Shown here piece by piece: positions 31,508 to 41,803 of a DNA stretch of 64,000 bases; position 1 is the stretch's first letter; every line of letters begins with the position of its first letter. Source of the stretch: Dolichospermum sp. OTE_75_concoct_329_sub (GTDB taxonomy: Bacteria; Cyanobacteriota; Cyanobacteriia; Cyanobacteriales; Nostocaceae). The stretch spans positions 8,239 to 72,238 of the forward strand of contig JANMEE010000036.1 in assembly GCA_031376645.1 (NCBI GenBank), read 5' to 3'. The notes below the pieces were generated by a model that was not told where the DNA came from, did no database searches, and saw nothing but the letters and a program-made list of their open reading frames with translations. Position numbers and translations under genes: made by a program.

Positions 31508-31747
31508 ATGAATGCTTACAAGACTTATATCACGATTGAAGACCCGAAGCAGGTAGTTTTATCTGATTTACCTTTTCAAGTTGGACAGCGTGTGGAGATT
31601 ATTGTTTTAGCTGAAGATAACCCGCAAGTTACGATGAGTAATAAATTGCGGAATTTATTTGATAAAACTCAGGCTATTCCTGGTGTGGAAGAGGTTACAG
31701 AGGAGGATATAGCCGCAGAAATTGAAGCTTATCGGCGTGGGAAATGA
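31508..31747 (+). CDS. Putative antitoxin of a PIN-family TA module
   Basis: 79 aa, C-terminal EEDIAAEIEAYRR, ATGA overlap with the PIN gene. Confidence 0.7.
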   Translation: MNAYKTYITIEDPKQVVLSDLPFQVGQRVEIIVLAEDNPQVTMSNKLRNLFDKTQAIPGVEEVTEEDIAAEIEAYRRGK

Positions 31748-31968
31748 AAGTTATTATTGATACTAATGTTTTAGTTTCTGCTGTTCTCAAGGGGAGAGAA
31801 CCAAGGGATGTTATTCAATTTGTTGTGGATAGTCCTAATTGTGATTGGGTTGTTTCTGAGGAAATTTTAGCAGAGTATCAGGATGTGTTAAGTCGGAAGA
31901 AGTTTAAGTTAACTGATGAAGTCAGAAAAGAATGGTTATTAGAGGATAGGTTTTTTGTGTCATGGTAG
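31744..31968 (+). pseudogene. 3'-truncated PIN-domain toxin
   Basis: MKVIIDTNVLVSA...SEEILAEY; stops at 74 aa versus 138 aa for the intact paralog-type gene at 38718. Confidence 0.8.
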
Positions 31969-32017
31969 TTTATTAAGTATTAATAGATGAAAATCCTGTA
32001 AATCTTGATTCAGAAAT

Positions 32018-32350
32018 CTAAACCGATGCAAAACCTGTAAACTGTCTGACATAAGGTGATCTAAAACCTAAAACAATATCCGTTTTCGGTACACCTAACT
32101 CTACTAATTGATGAGGAATTCCTTCTTCGGTAAAATCCCTTTCAATCCAGATTTTACCATCTTTAATACTAATATGAATGGGACAACCATAAATTCTATT
32201 TTCGTCTTTCCATCCTGTATACAACAGTAAATAAATATCCCGTTCAGTATCAAAAACAATTTCTGTATTTTCTAAATCTTCCTCTGCTTGGTCTTTTGCA
32301 TATTTAGAGATAATATCTTTTACTATCTCTTGATAATTTAAGGTTTCCAT
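32018..32350 (-). CDS. xisI: XisI family protein
   Basis: IVFDTERD.YLL...GW...RIYG..IH..IKDGKIWIE.D.TEEGI...L...GVPKTDIVLGF. Confidence 0.9.
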   Translation of the reverse strand: METLNYQEIVKDIISKYAKDQAEEDLENTEIVFDTERDIYLLLYTGWKDENRIYGCPIHISIKDGKIWIERDFTEEGIPHQLVELGVPKTDIVLGFRSPYVRQFTGFASV

Positions 32351-32757
32351 AACACTATTTCTTCCTTATTAATGTCAAAAACTAATAATTTAATTTCATA
32401 AGTTTGTAAAACAGTTTGAATGAAACTATCAGTAAAAAACTCTTGATATATGTCTTGAGATATAGCTAAATATAATATTCTTTCAGAGTCTTGTTGTCCT
32501 AATGCTATCCTATAATTTAAAAATTGACCAATAGCTGTATGAAATTAAGAAATTGCTGAAAGTCCTAGAAAACTTTTTACTTCCACCGCTATCTTTTGAT
32601 GATCTTTCTCAGCGCCAATTAACTTTTCTGCTCCTAAATCTATCCTAATTTTAACTAATGCGGTTAGGCGCAAATATAAAGGATCATCAGTAATTTGCCA
32701 ATTCTCCTTTTCTAAGGCTATTTTAACTGTATTGTGAAAAATATCTTTCGCTGACAT
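32338..32757 (-). pseudogene. xisH: XisH family protein with nonsense mutation
   Basis: MSAKDIFH...KIAVEVKSFLGLSAIS*FHTAIGQFLNY...; TAA at 32547-32545 where the intact paralog has E; frame continues to a stop overlapping xisI. Confidence 0.88.
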
Positions 32758-32930
32758 AAAAATTTAAAGTGATATTTTATCTTAGATAATACCTTATTTT
32801 TTAAGTAATGGCTCTGTATTATATTTGTAAGTAGGGTTAAGCTGCATCGCAACCCAACGCAATCAAATTATAAAAATGTTGGGTTATGCCTACGGTACGC
32901 TACGCGAACGTTTCTCAACCCAACCTACAA

Positions 32931-33260
32931 CTAACCCACTGCAAAACCAGTAAATTCCCTCACAAAAGGAGATTTAAAACCTAAAACTATATCGGTTTTT
33001 GGTACTCCTAATTCTACCAGTTCACTAGCTACACCTTCTTCAGTTAAATCTCGCTGAATCCAGATTTTTCCATCTCTAATATCTACATGAATAACTGTAC
33101 CATAAGCCCTTTCGTTATTCTGCCATCCTACATGAACTACTAAATAACTATTTCTTTCACAATCAAAAATTAACTCCTTTTCTGTTCCTTCTGATCTATG
33201 ATTTTCGGTATGTCTTGCTAACACGGTTTTTACTAATTCAGGATAATTCATTCCTTCCAT
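32931..33260 (-). CDS. xisI: XisI family protein
   Basis: Same motifs; start overlaps the xisH stop. Confidence 0.9.
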   Translation of the reverse strand: MEGMNYPELVKTVLARHTENHRSEGTEKELIFDCERNSYLVVHVGWQNNERAYGTVIHVDIRDGKIWIQRDLTEEGVASELVELGVPKTDIVLGFKSPFVREFTGFAVG

Positions 33261-33664
33261 AAAACAATCTCCTGTTTAATAATTTCAAAAATCAATAATT
33301 TTAATTTATGTTCAGCAATTATTTCTTGAATAAAGGGAATTAGAAAAAACTCTTTGTATATGTCATTACCAATTGCTAAATATAAGATACGGTTGGGTTC
33401 TTTTTTTCTTAAAACAGTACGATAATTAAGTGTTTGTCCTAAAGCTGTGTGAAATTCAGTAACTTCAGATTGTCCTAAAAAAGATTTTACCTCAACTGCT
33501 ATTTTTTGACCTTCTTTTTCTGCTCCTAAAAGTCTTTCTGCTCCTAAGTCAATTCTAAAGTCAAGACCATCTACTGTAAATGATAAAGGATCATTAGTAA
33601 TTAACCAATTATCTTTTTCTAAAGCTAACCTAACTGCATTGTGAAAAAAGTCTTTTGCTGACAT
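33248..33664 (-). CDS. xisH: XisH family protein (PD-(D/E)XK-like), intact
   Basis: MSAKDFFH, IDLGAE, KIAVEVKSF, FHTALGQ.LNY, RILYLAI. Confidence 0.92.
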   Translation of the reverse strand: MSAKDFFHNAVRLALEKDNWLITNDPLSFTVDGLDFRIDLGAERLLGAEKEGQKIAVEVKSFLGQSEVTEFHTALGQTLNYRTVLRKKEPNRILYLAIGNDIYKEFFLIPFIQEIIAEHKLKLLIFEIIKQEIVLWKE

Positions 33665-33793
33665 ACAAACTTACAATAACACCCTCCACCCCATTATATA
33701 GGAATCCGGTTTGATTCTTGAAAAGATACGTAGGGTGTGTTAGCGATCGCGTAACGCACCAAACTCTTGATAATGGTACGTTACGTATTTTAT
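33582..33793. repeat. About 212-bp direct repeat, copy A (copy B at 36871-37082)
   Basis: Near-identical at offset 3289; contains the xisH 5' end, its upstream region and the left half of a family-C repeat. Confidence 0.9.
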
Positions 33794-34094
33794 GCTGACG
33801 TACTCTACAATGATACAATACATGGTGGTGTATTAATTTGGGAATTTACAAAAAGCCCTGGCGATTAGAAATTGCGGCTATACAAACGAAGTCCACCTTC
33901 GTGGACTAAAAATAAGATTTTTGAACCCGCGAAGGCGGGTTTTGTCTGTGTAGATGTGAATTATATTCGCCTAGTTATAAAGACTTTTTGTTAAATTTTA
34001 TTAATAACTGATAATTTAAGGATCTATGTTATAATGTGTTTTCTATAAATTAATTCATGTCTTTAAATAAAACATAATCTTGATTAAATAAATA

Positions 34095-35597
34095 ATGAAA
34101 TCTATTGTTAAACAATTAAGTCTATTTGAATTAGAATTGACAAAAACAAATCCTGAAAAAATAGTATTACCAAAAGGCTATAAAGGATTAGCTGCTTTTC
34201 ATAAATATTGGGGTAAAAAACCAATTGAATGTTTAGCATTTTTAATTGAAAACTTAACAGAAAAAGGTGATATTGTTTTAGATCCATTTTTAGGATCAGG
34301 TTTAGTTGCTCGTGAAGCAGTAATTAGAGAAAGACGATTTATAGGTATTGACATTAATCCTGTAGCTGTAGAATTATCGAATTTATTAGTAAATTTACCA
34401 AATCCAGATATTTTAAAAAAAGCCCTTGATGAATTAGAAATAAGTGTTAAATCAGAAATATATAAAACTTACTTACTAGAAGATGGAAAATTTGCAACTC
34501 ACTATTTATGGCATGGAAATGAACTAAATTCAGTTTGGCATTTATCGCCAAGAAGAAATGAAAGTGATAAAAGGATACCAACTAATTATGACTATCAAGT
34601 ATTTAAACAATTTGAGGGATACGAACCTAAAATACCTCGACCAATTAAGTTATTTCAAAATAGCCGTATAAATACAAATGATACTTTAACACTAAAAGAT
34701 TTATTTACTGGTCGTGCGTTACATAATATAGATTTGTTGCTTAATGCAATTCACAAACAACCAGATTCTATTAAATCTGCATTATTGCTATCATTAACTG
34801 CTGCTTCTGGTCAAATGTCTAAGATGGTTTTTGCAATTACAGGAAGAGGTAAAACAAAATCTGAACCAACAAATAAAATAGAAGTTGGTAGTTGGGTGAT
34901 AGGATATTGGCGACCAACGTTACATTTTGAAATTAATGTGTGGAATTGTTTTATTAAACGTGCAAATAGTTTACTAAAATCTATTCAAGAAGATGAATTT
35001 AAAAAAGGTTATTGTGTATCTAAAAGATTAACAGATGTTATTGACAATAAAGCAGATGTAGCAATTTTCCAAGGTGATAATCGAAAAGTTCTTAATAATT
35101 GCCCTGATGAAACTATTTCTTTGATATTAACTGATCCACCACATAGTGATAGGATTCCATACTTAGAATTGAGTGAAATGTGGAATTGTTTAATAGATAA
35201 AGAGCCGGATTTTTCTCAAGAAATTGTAGTTTCTAATGCTCGTAGTCGAGGGAAGAATAAAAACAATTATGTGAATGAAATGATGGAATTTATGCAAACT
35301 GCTACTCGTATCCTGAAACCTAGTGGAATATTAGCTCTATTTTTTAATGCGAGAGATGCTGATAGTTGGAAGTTCTTAAAAGAGGTAATACCATCTGATA
35401 ATCAATTACAATTTCGTGGATTATTTCCTATGAATTATTCAGCTAATTCAGTAATTCAAGATAGCAGAAAGGGAGGTTTAAAAAATGATTTCGTTTTAAT
35501 CTATCAAAAACCTGGAAATGAAGATAATATAAAATTGATATTATTAGAAAAATTACCTAATTGGTCTAAAGAAATACCTAATATTCACTCAAAATAA
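34095..35597 (+). CDS. Amino (N6-A/N4-C) DNA methyltransferase, alpha-type motif order
   Basis: HKYWGKKP; motif I VLDPFLGSG near the N-terminus; motif IV LILTDPPH near residue 345. Confidence 0.85.
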   Translation: MKSIVKQLSLFELELTKTNPEKIVLPKGYKGLAAFHKYWGKKPIECLAFLIENLTEKGDIVLDPFLGSGLVAREAVIRERRFIGIDINPVAVELSNLLVNLPNPDILKKALDELEISVKSEIYKTYLLEDGKFATHYLWHGNELNSVWHLSPRRNESDKRIPTNYDYQVFKQFEGYEPKIPRPIKLFQNSRINTNDTLTLKDLFTGRALHNIDLLLNAIHKQPDSIKSALLLSLTAASGQMSKMVFAITGRGKTKSEPTNKIEVGSWVIGYWRPTLHFEINVWNCFIKRANSLLKSIQEDEFKKGYCVSKRLTDVIDNKADVAIFQGDNRKVLNNCPDETISLILTDPPHSDRIPYLELSEMWNCLIDKEPDFSQEIVVSNARSRGKNKNNYVNEMMEFMQTATRILKPSGILALFFNARDADSWKFLKEVIPSDNQLQFRGLFPMNYSANSVIQDSRKGGLKNDFVLIYQKPGNEDNIKLILLEKLPNWSKEIPNIHSK

Positions 35598-35617
35598 TCT
35601 TAAATCTGCAAAATAAA

Positions 35618-36712
35618 ATGAGTTACACCTTTTCTCAACTTTCTCGGCTCTATGATGAAAATAAATTTTTTGAATTAACATCATCTCCTGAAGGATTATA
35701 TTTTTTAAAATTACGTTCTTTGGCTCGAAAAGATTATTATTTGCATTTATTTCAAAAAGCACAAATATCTTCAGATAATTTAGGAGTAAAGCAGTACCTT
35801 GAAACACTTTTTAAATCTAATATTTCTTTAGAAACTATTCATGATTCTATTAATCAAATATATGAAATACAAAGAGAAGAACGTCGCATACATGAGCAAT
35901 ATTTACTAGCAGAATTATATAAACTAAGAGTTTTTGACTGGGGTGGTATCCATCAAAATGATATTAATAAGTATCTAGTTGATAACTACATCAAAAAGAT
36001 TACTAATTATGATAATTTAATAGAAAAAGTAGAAAATGAAATTTTACATAGTTTAAAAGGTTTTGTTTTGTGTTCTTGGTATAATAATTGGACATCAATT
36101 ATTATTGAGGATATTTTTAAAGATCATCAGCGTGTTTTACCAACTGTGGGGCTAATTAAACAAGTTGATTTTTTTATTAATGATATACCTTTTGATCTCA
36201 AGGTAACTTATTTTCCAAAAGGTTTTATGGAAAATGAGAGAAGGAAAAGAAAACTAATAATTAAGGAATTATCAGAGTTAAAGAAGACAGCCAAAATATT
36301 TAATCTTCCTTTTGATCAAAATCGTCCTGATGATGAACTATTGATTGATTTGATTACAGCTTTTACTGAAAGTTCCCAGCAGAATGTAAAAGATTTTTAT
36401 GATAATTTTGTGAAAATTAGAAGAGATATTATCAACGACATATTAAAACAACCTCGTGAACTTTTGCGCTGGTTGTATGAAAATCAAGGTTCTCAAAGAT
36501 TTGATGCAAGTAATAGGTTATTTTTAGTTCTTGTGGATACTAATTCTTTAGAAGATAGTTGGAAGCTAAAAAGAGATTATAGTTTGTTAAAAAATAAAAT
36601 TGATGAATATCTAAATACACGCTCTTTTAATAAGGATAAACTGTTATTAAGTTGGAATTTTAATAACAATGAATATCACAGTTATGCTGATGTTTTGTTT
36701 ATTATGAAGTAA
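35618..36712 (+). CDS. Putative Type II restriction endonuclease (PD-(D/E)XK)
   Basis: Directly downstream of the MTase; VDFFINDIPFDLKVT fits a D-x(n)-D-x-K nuclease motif; very AT-rich. Specificity unknown. Confidence 0.6.
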   Translation: MSYTFSQLSRLYDENKFFELTSSPEGLYFLKLRSLARKDYYLHLFQKAQISSDNLGVKQYLETLFKSNISLETIHDSINQIYEIQREERRIHEQYLLAELYKLRVFDWGGIHQNDINKYLVDNYIKKITNYDNLIEKVENEILHSLKGFVLCSWYNNWTSIIIEDIFKDHQRVLPTVGLIKQVDFFINDIPFDLKVTYFPKGFMENERRKRKLIIKELSELKKTAKIFNLPFDQNRPDDELLIDLITAFTESSQQNVKDFYDNFVKIRRDIINDILKQPRELLRWLYENQGSQRFDASNRLFLVLVDTNSLEDSWKLKRDYSLLKNKIDEYLNTRSFNKDKLLLSWNFNNNEYHSYADVLFIMK

Positions 36713-36819
36713 CCACTTCCTCTAATATACCTCTAAGATACAAGGTTGGGTTAAGCTGCAACTCAACGCAATAAAATTATCAAAATGTTGGGTTTCGTTC
36801 CTCAACCCAACCTACATAA

Positions 36820-36953
36820 CATAACTACCTTATAATTCAAAAACTGACCAATAGCTCAGTAAGTTCAAAAGATAAAGGATCATGAGTAATTAACCAATTA
36901 TCTTTTTCTAAAGCTAACCTAACTGCATTATGAAAAAAGTCTTTTGCTGACAT
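36820..36953 (-). pseudogene. xisH: XisH remnant with internal deletion
   Basis: MSAKDFFHNAVRLALEKDNWLITHDPLSFELTE joined to AIGQFLNYKVV-like sequence, then repeat DNA. Confidence 0.75.
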
Positions 36954-37082
36954 ACAAACTTACAATAACACCCTCCATCCCATTATATAGGAATCCGGTT
37001 TGATTCTTGAAAAGATACGTAGGGTGTGTTAGCGATCGCGTAACGCACCAAAATCTTGACAATGGTACGTTACTTATTTTAT
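36871..37082. repeat. About 212-bp direct repeat, copy B
   Basis: See 33582-33793. Confidence 0.9.
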
Positions 37083-37106
37083 ACTAACTTAACCTACAAT
37101 ACATAG

Positions 37107-38327
37107 TGTTTTTCTATTGAGATTGTTAGCAAACTGCTACAAATTCCCGAATCTGTAATTGAAGAAATAGAAGATGGTCAAATTGAAAAATACTGGCAAG
37201 AGATTTACGGAATGCTTTGCATTTATGGAAAGCCAGTTCATGAAATATTTGAAGACTTTTTTGAAAATAATCAAAATTATGAGATACATGATGTACCCAA
37301 AACTAAATATGCTAATTATGTCATAGACTGCATTAAGCTTATTAAGCAGTTACATGGTAGACCTATTCATTTGTCAAGTCTGCCTTTAGCAAGAGGTAAA
37401 CAAAACGGTAAGTCAATCAATTTTTCAGATGAAAATTCTGGACAGAAGCAAAGGTCTGTTAAAAAAGCTGTACCGACTGTCTTAGAAACTAGAGCGCACA
37501 ATTTAATTCATAAAAATAATCTTTTTAAACTACCTATTAATGTCTATCAACTAGCAACTAATCTAGGCATAAAGGTATTTTTTGAAAGTTTACCTAATGA
37601 TTTATATGACTTAAGGGGATTCTGTTATAAAGAGGATAATTTTAGTATTATAGGTATAAATCGGAAACATCATACTGTACTTCAAAGATTTACTATAGCT
37701 CATGAACTACATCATCTAATATATGACTTAAATGATAATAGATTTTTGTGTGGTACACATAATGAAAATAAAATCATAGAATTAAATGCAGAAAATTTTG
37801 CGGCTGAACTCTTAATGCCAAAACCCCTAGTACAAAAGCTAGTTTCTCATCCACCGAATATTCATTATTTAACTGTTAATCTAGTAGCAAAGCATTTTGG
37901 AGTTAGTTACGAAGCAGCAGCAATTAGACTTGAGAAGTTTAATTTAATTCCTAGCGCATCTCAAGTTTGCAAACAATCATATAGACGTGAAGATAAACAA
38001 AAAACGGAATTTTTACTTAAGAATAAACTTAAATATCTAATTGCAGTATTTGGTCTAGAAACTGGTATTGAAGAAATACAAATTGATAGAAAAATTAGTA
38101 ACCATTCAGTTTGTGGTGCTGTTATAAATGACCATACTCACACAGTTTGTTGGCATTGTGGTTTGGAAATTCAAGAACCTAAACATAATGAAATTTATTT
38201 AAAGAATCCATATCGACAAGATGCGGTAAATATATCTTCTAATAAGAAAATTTCTTCTTTCGAGCAGAAAAAAGGTGAAAAAACCGATAATGAACATGAA
38301 CAATTATCACTCAATTTAAGAATTTAA
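37107..38327 (+). CDS. ImmA/IrrE-family metallopeptidase with 5'-truncated XRE-type HTH and C-terminal Zn-ribbon-like motif
   Basis: RFTIAHELHH (HExxH), ELNAENFAAELLMP, VAKHFGVSYEAAAIRL. Frame is open upstream of ATG 37212 to a TAG at 37104 and encodes SIEIVSKLLQIPESVIEEIEDG; C-terminal H..CG...CWHCG. Confidence 0.85.
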   Translation, partial: CFSIEIVSKLLQIPESVIEEIEDGQIEKYWQEIYGMLCIYGKPVHEIFEDFFENNQNYEIHDVPKTKYANYVIDCIKLIKQLHGRPIHLSSLPLARGKQNGKSINFSDENSGQKQRSVKKAVPTVLETRAHNLIHKNNLFKLPINVYQLATNLGIKVFFESLPNDLYDLRGFCYKEDNFSIIGINRKHHTVLQRFTIAHELHHLIYDLNDNRFLCGTHNENKIIELNAENFAAELLMPKPLVQKLVSHPPNIHYLTVNLVAKHFGVSYEAAAIRLEKFNLIPSASQVCKQSYRREDKQKTEFLLKNKLKYLIAVFGLETGIEEIQIDRKISNHSVCGAVINDHTHTVCWHCGLEIQEPKHNEIYLKNPYRQDAVNISSNKKISSFEQKKGEKTDNEHEQLSLNLRI

Positions 38328-38360
38328 CTAAACTTGATAATTACTATTGTGATTTGTAAT

Positions 38361-38690
38361 CTAAACCGATGCAAAATCAGTAAACTGTCTCATATAAAGT
38401 GGCTTAAAACCTAAAACAATATCCGTTTTTGGTACTCCCAATTCTAGCAACTCACTAGCTACCCCTTCCTCTGTAAAATATCTCTGAATCCAAATTTTTC
38501 CATCTCTAATATCTACATGAATAATTGTCCCATAAGCCCTTTCATTATTTTCCCATCCTACATGAACTACTAAATAACTATTTCTTTCACAATCAAAAAT
38601 TAACTCCTTTTCTGTGACTTTGGAAGCATGATTTTCTGTATGTCTTCCTAATACAGTTTTTACCAATTCAGGATAATTCATTCCTTCCAT
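38361..38690 (-). CDS. xisI: Orphan XisI family protein
   Basis: Close paralog of 32931-33260; no xisH upstream. Confidence 0.9.
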   Translation of the reverse strand: MEGMNYPELVKTVLGRHTENHASKVTEKELIFDCERNSYLVVHVGWENNERAYGTIIHVDIRDGKIWIQRYFTEEGVASELLELGVPKTDIVLGFKPLYMRQFTDFASV

Positions 38691-38717
38691 AAAATAATTA
38701 AATAATATAAGTATAAT

Positions 38718-39134
38718 TTAATCAAGGTTGAGAAAGTCTCTCGGAGTAATGATCTGATTTTGGTATTCGACTAGAGTTTTAAGTGATAAAAGGTCTTGAT
38801 CTCCTGTGATCAAAAATTCTGCGTTGGCATCTTTTGCTAGTTCTAAAAATTTGTTATCATCTGGATCTCTACAGATATCTATTTGAGTCTTAATTTCTAT
38901 AAATTGGCTGTATTTTTTGACAACTTTTAAAAAATCTTGTCGTTCTTCATCTGAGATATATTTATTGAATTTAGGTTTATAAATTCGTGTTTTTAATTCT
39001 TGATAAGTTTCCTCACTTTGAGCTATTTTAAATTGTTTATAGGCTTTATCTAGGGCTTTACTGGCTGTTCCATCTGGACTGAGTGCAGCACTAAGTAAAA
39101 CATTGGTATCAATGACAATTAGTTTATGATTCAT
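38718..39134 (-). CDS. PIN-domain toxin (putative TA system, intact)
   Basis: VIDTNVLLSA, SEETYQEL, CRDPDDNKFLELA, ITGDQDLL. Confidence 0.9.
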   Translation of the reverse strand: MNHKLIVIDTNVLLSAALSPDGTASKALDKAYKQFKIAQSEETYQELKTRIYKPKFNKYISDEERQDFLKVVKKYSQFIEIKTQIDICRDPDDNKFLELAKDANAEFLITGDQDLLSLKTLVEYQNQIITPRDFLNLD

Positions 39135-39351
39135 CAGCTAATAATTCTTCTAAAATTTCTTCTGTAAGTCCTTTTGCTTGAGCGTTTTTACCAATTCTAT
39201 CAAAAACAGTAAGTAAATCCTCTTCTTGATTTTTGGGTGAGTTTATCTTTATTTGTTGGATAATTTCTTCTTGTTCTTGTGCTGGAAGTTGTAACACAAT
39301 ATTAAGAATTTGCTCAAAGCTTAGAGGAAGTGGATATGTTTTTTGTGTCAT
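39124..39351 (-). CDS. Putative antitoxin of the PIN toxin
   Basis: Likely start MTQKTYPL at 39351 (the tracked extension to 39501 is repeat DNA); C-terminal KGLTEEILEELLADES; overlaps the toxin start. Confidence 0.7.
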   Translation of the reverse strand: MTQKTYPLPLSFEQILNIVLQLPAQEQEEIIQQIKINSPKNQEEDLLTVFDRIGKNAQAKGLTEEILEELLADES

Positions 39352-39535
39352 AGTAATTTTAGCGATCTCGTTTGCGTAGCGTGTCGTAGGCATAGAGTAG
39401 ACGCAAAGGAACAAAGAAAAAATGCAAATACCTTGCATCCTATTATATCCTCTCTCCGTGCCTCTGCGCCTCTGCGTGAGAAAAAAAAGGGATAAGCCCA
39501 AAAGCCTATCCCCAAAAAATCAACTAAAAGATCAA

Positions 39536-40822
<1,287 letters not shown>

Positions 40823-41431
40823 CTAAAAAATGAAACAGGTTTATAAACCTTTACGTACTTTAACAATATTTTCTGACAAGTAGCTATATTTTCTGGTAAA
40901 TACCCATGCCAATTTTTTAGAAAAGTAAAGTACAGGGGTAATTCATGATTTCGACTAAAGATGAAACACCAAGTGAAACGTCTCATGGCTATGCTTAATT
41001 CCTTATATGGTGAGTATATGCTCAAAGCGGTTTAATCATTTGATTATATAGTAGGGGTTTAGCACTGCTAAACCCCTACACGTCTAGCTTTTTCATAAGC
41101 CTCTAAAAGTCCATATTTTAACCGTGCTGAGTGTAATTCATTAAATCAATGAAGCCAAAGTTTGCATCAACAGCTTAGATTCCTTACCCATTTGACTTTG
41201 TAATAAAATTAGATTTTATGGCTAAATTAAAGAGCTAATTGGATTAATGACGTGCAGTTATTAAATTCTCAGGACGAGTTTTCCACAAGTGCAACATCAG
41301 ATACTGAAATTATCAAGATTTTTTCGTCACATTACCCTTTTTCCCGTTAGGAAAGAAAATCGTAGAGGCGTTTAATATAACGTCTTTGCGTTTTTGTATA
41401 TTCATCTATCAAGCAACTTCTTCTGTGAGCG

Positions 41432-41803
41432 GTGATTTTTGATGATTCTCTTGCCATATTAGTAAATTTGTACTATACTATCAAAATAGTCTTAAAACCT
41501 GAAAAGACTTCTGGAACACGGATTTTAAGGGATATTTCTATGATGAAGCATTATATTCTCAATCTTAACCCCACCGCCAAGCATGAATGGGATCGTTGTA
41601 TTATCCGTGATCCTCTTACCGCAAAACGTCCAGATATAGCTAAATTAATTTCCGAAGCCGTAGGAGCAGAAACAGGTAGCTATTTAGTCAGTGTAAATAT
41701 TGAAGTCACAGTATTACAAGAAGCATCCACACCATCACCAGAACAACTTTCTCTACCGTTTCCAGAAGTATCTGTACCCACCCAACTGCGCGAAGCAGCA
41801 TAA
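41432..41803 (+). CDS. Conserved cyanobacterial hypothetical protein
   Basis: AKHEWDRCI.RDP...YLV.VNIEV motif; likely start MMKHYIL at about 41500. Confidence 0.65.
   Translation: MIFDDSLAILVNLYYTIKIVLKPEKTSGTRILRDISMMKHYILNLNPTAKHEWDRCIIRDPLTAKRPDIAKLISEAVGAETGSYLVSVNIEVTVLQEASTPSPEQLSLPFPEVSVPTQLREAA

Noticed and set aside
32018-38690. Heterocyst-specific excision element (fdxN-type)
   Set aside because: No serine or tyrosine recombinase and no interrupted nif/fdxN/hup gene; the 212-bp repeats are far longer than such recombination sites.
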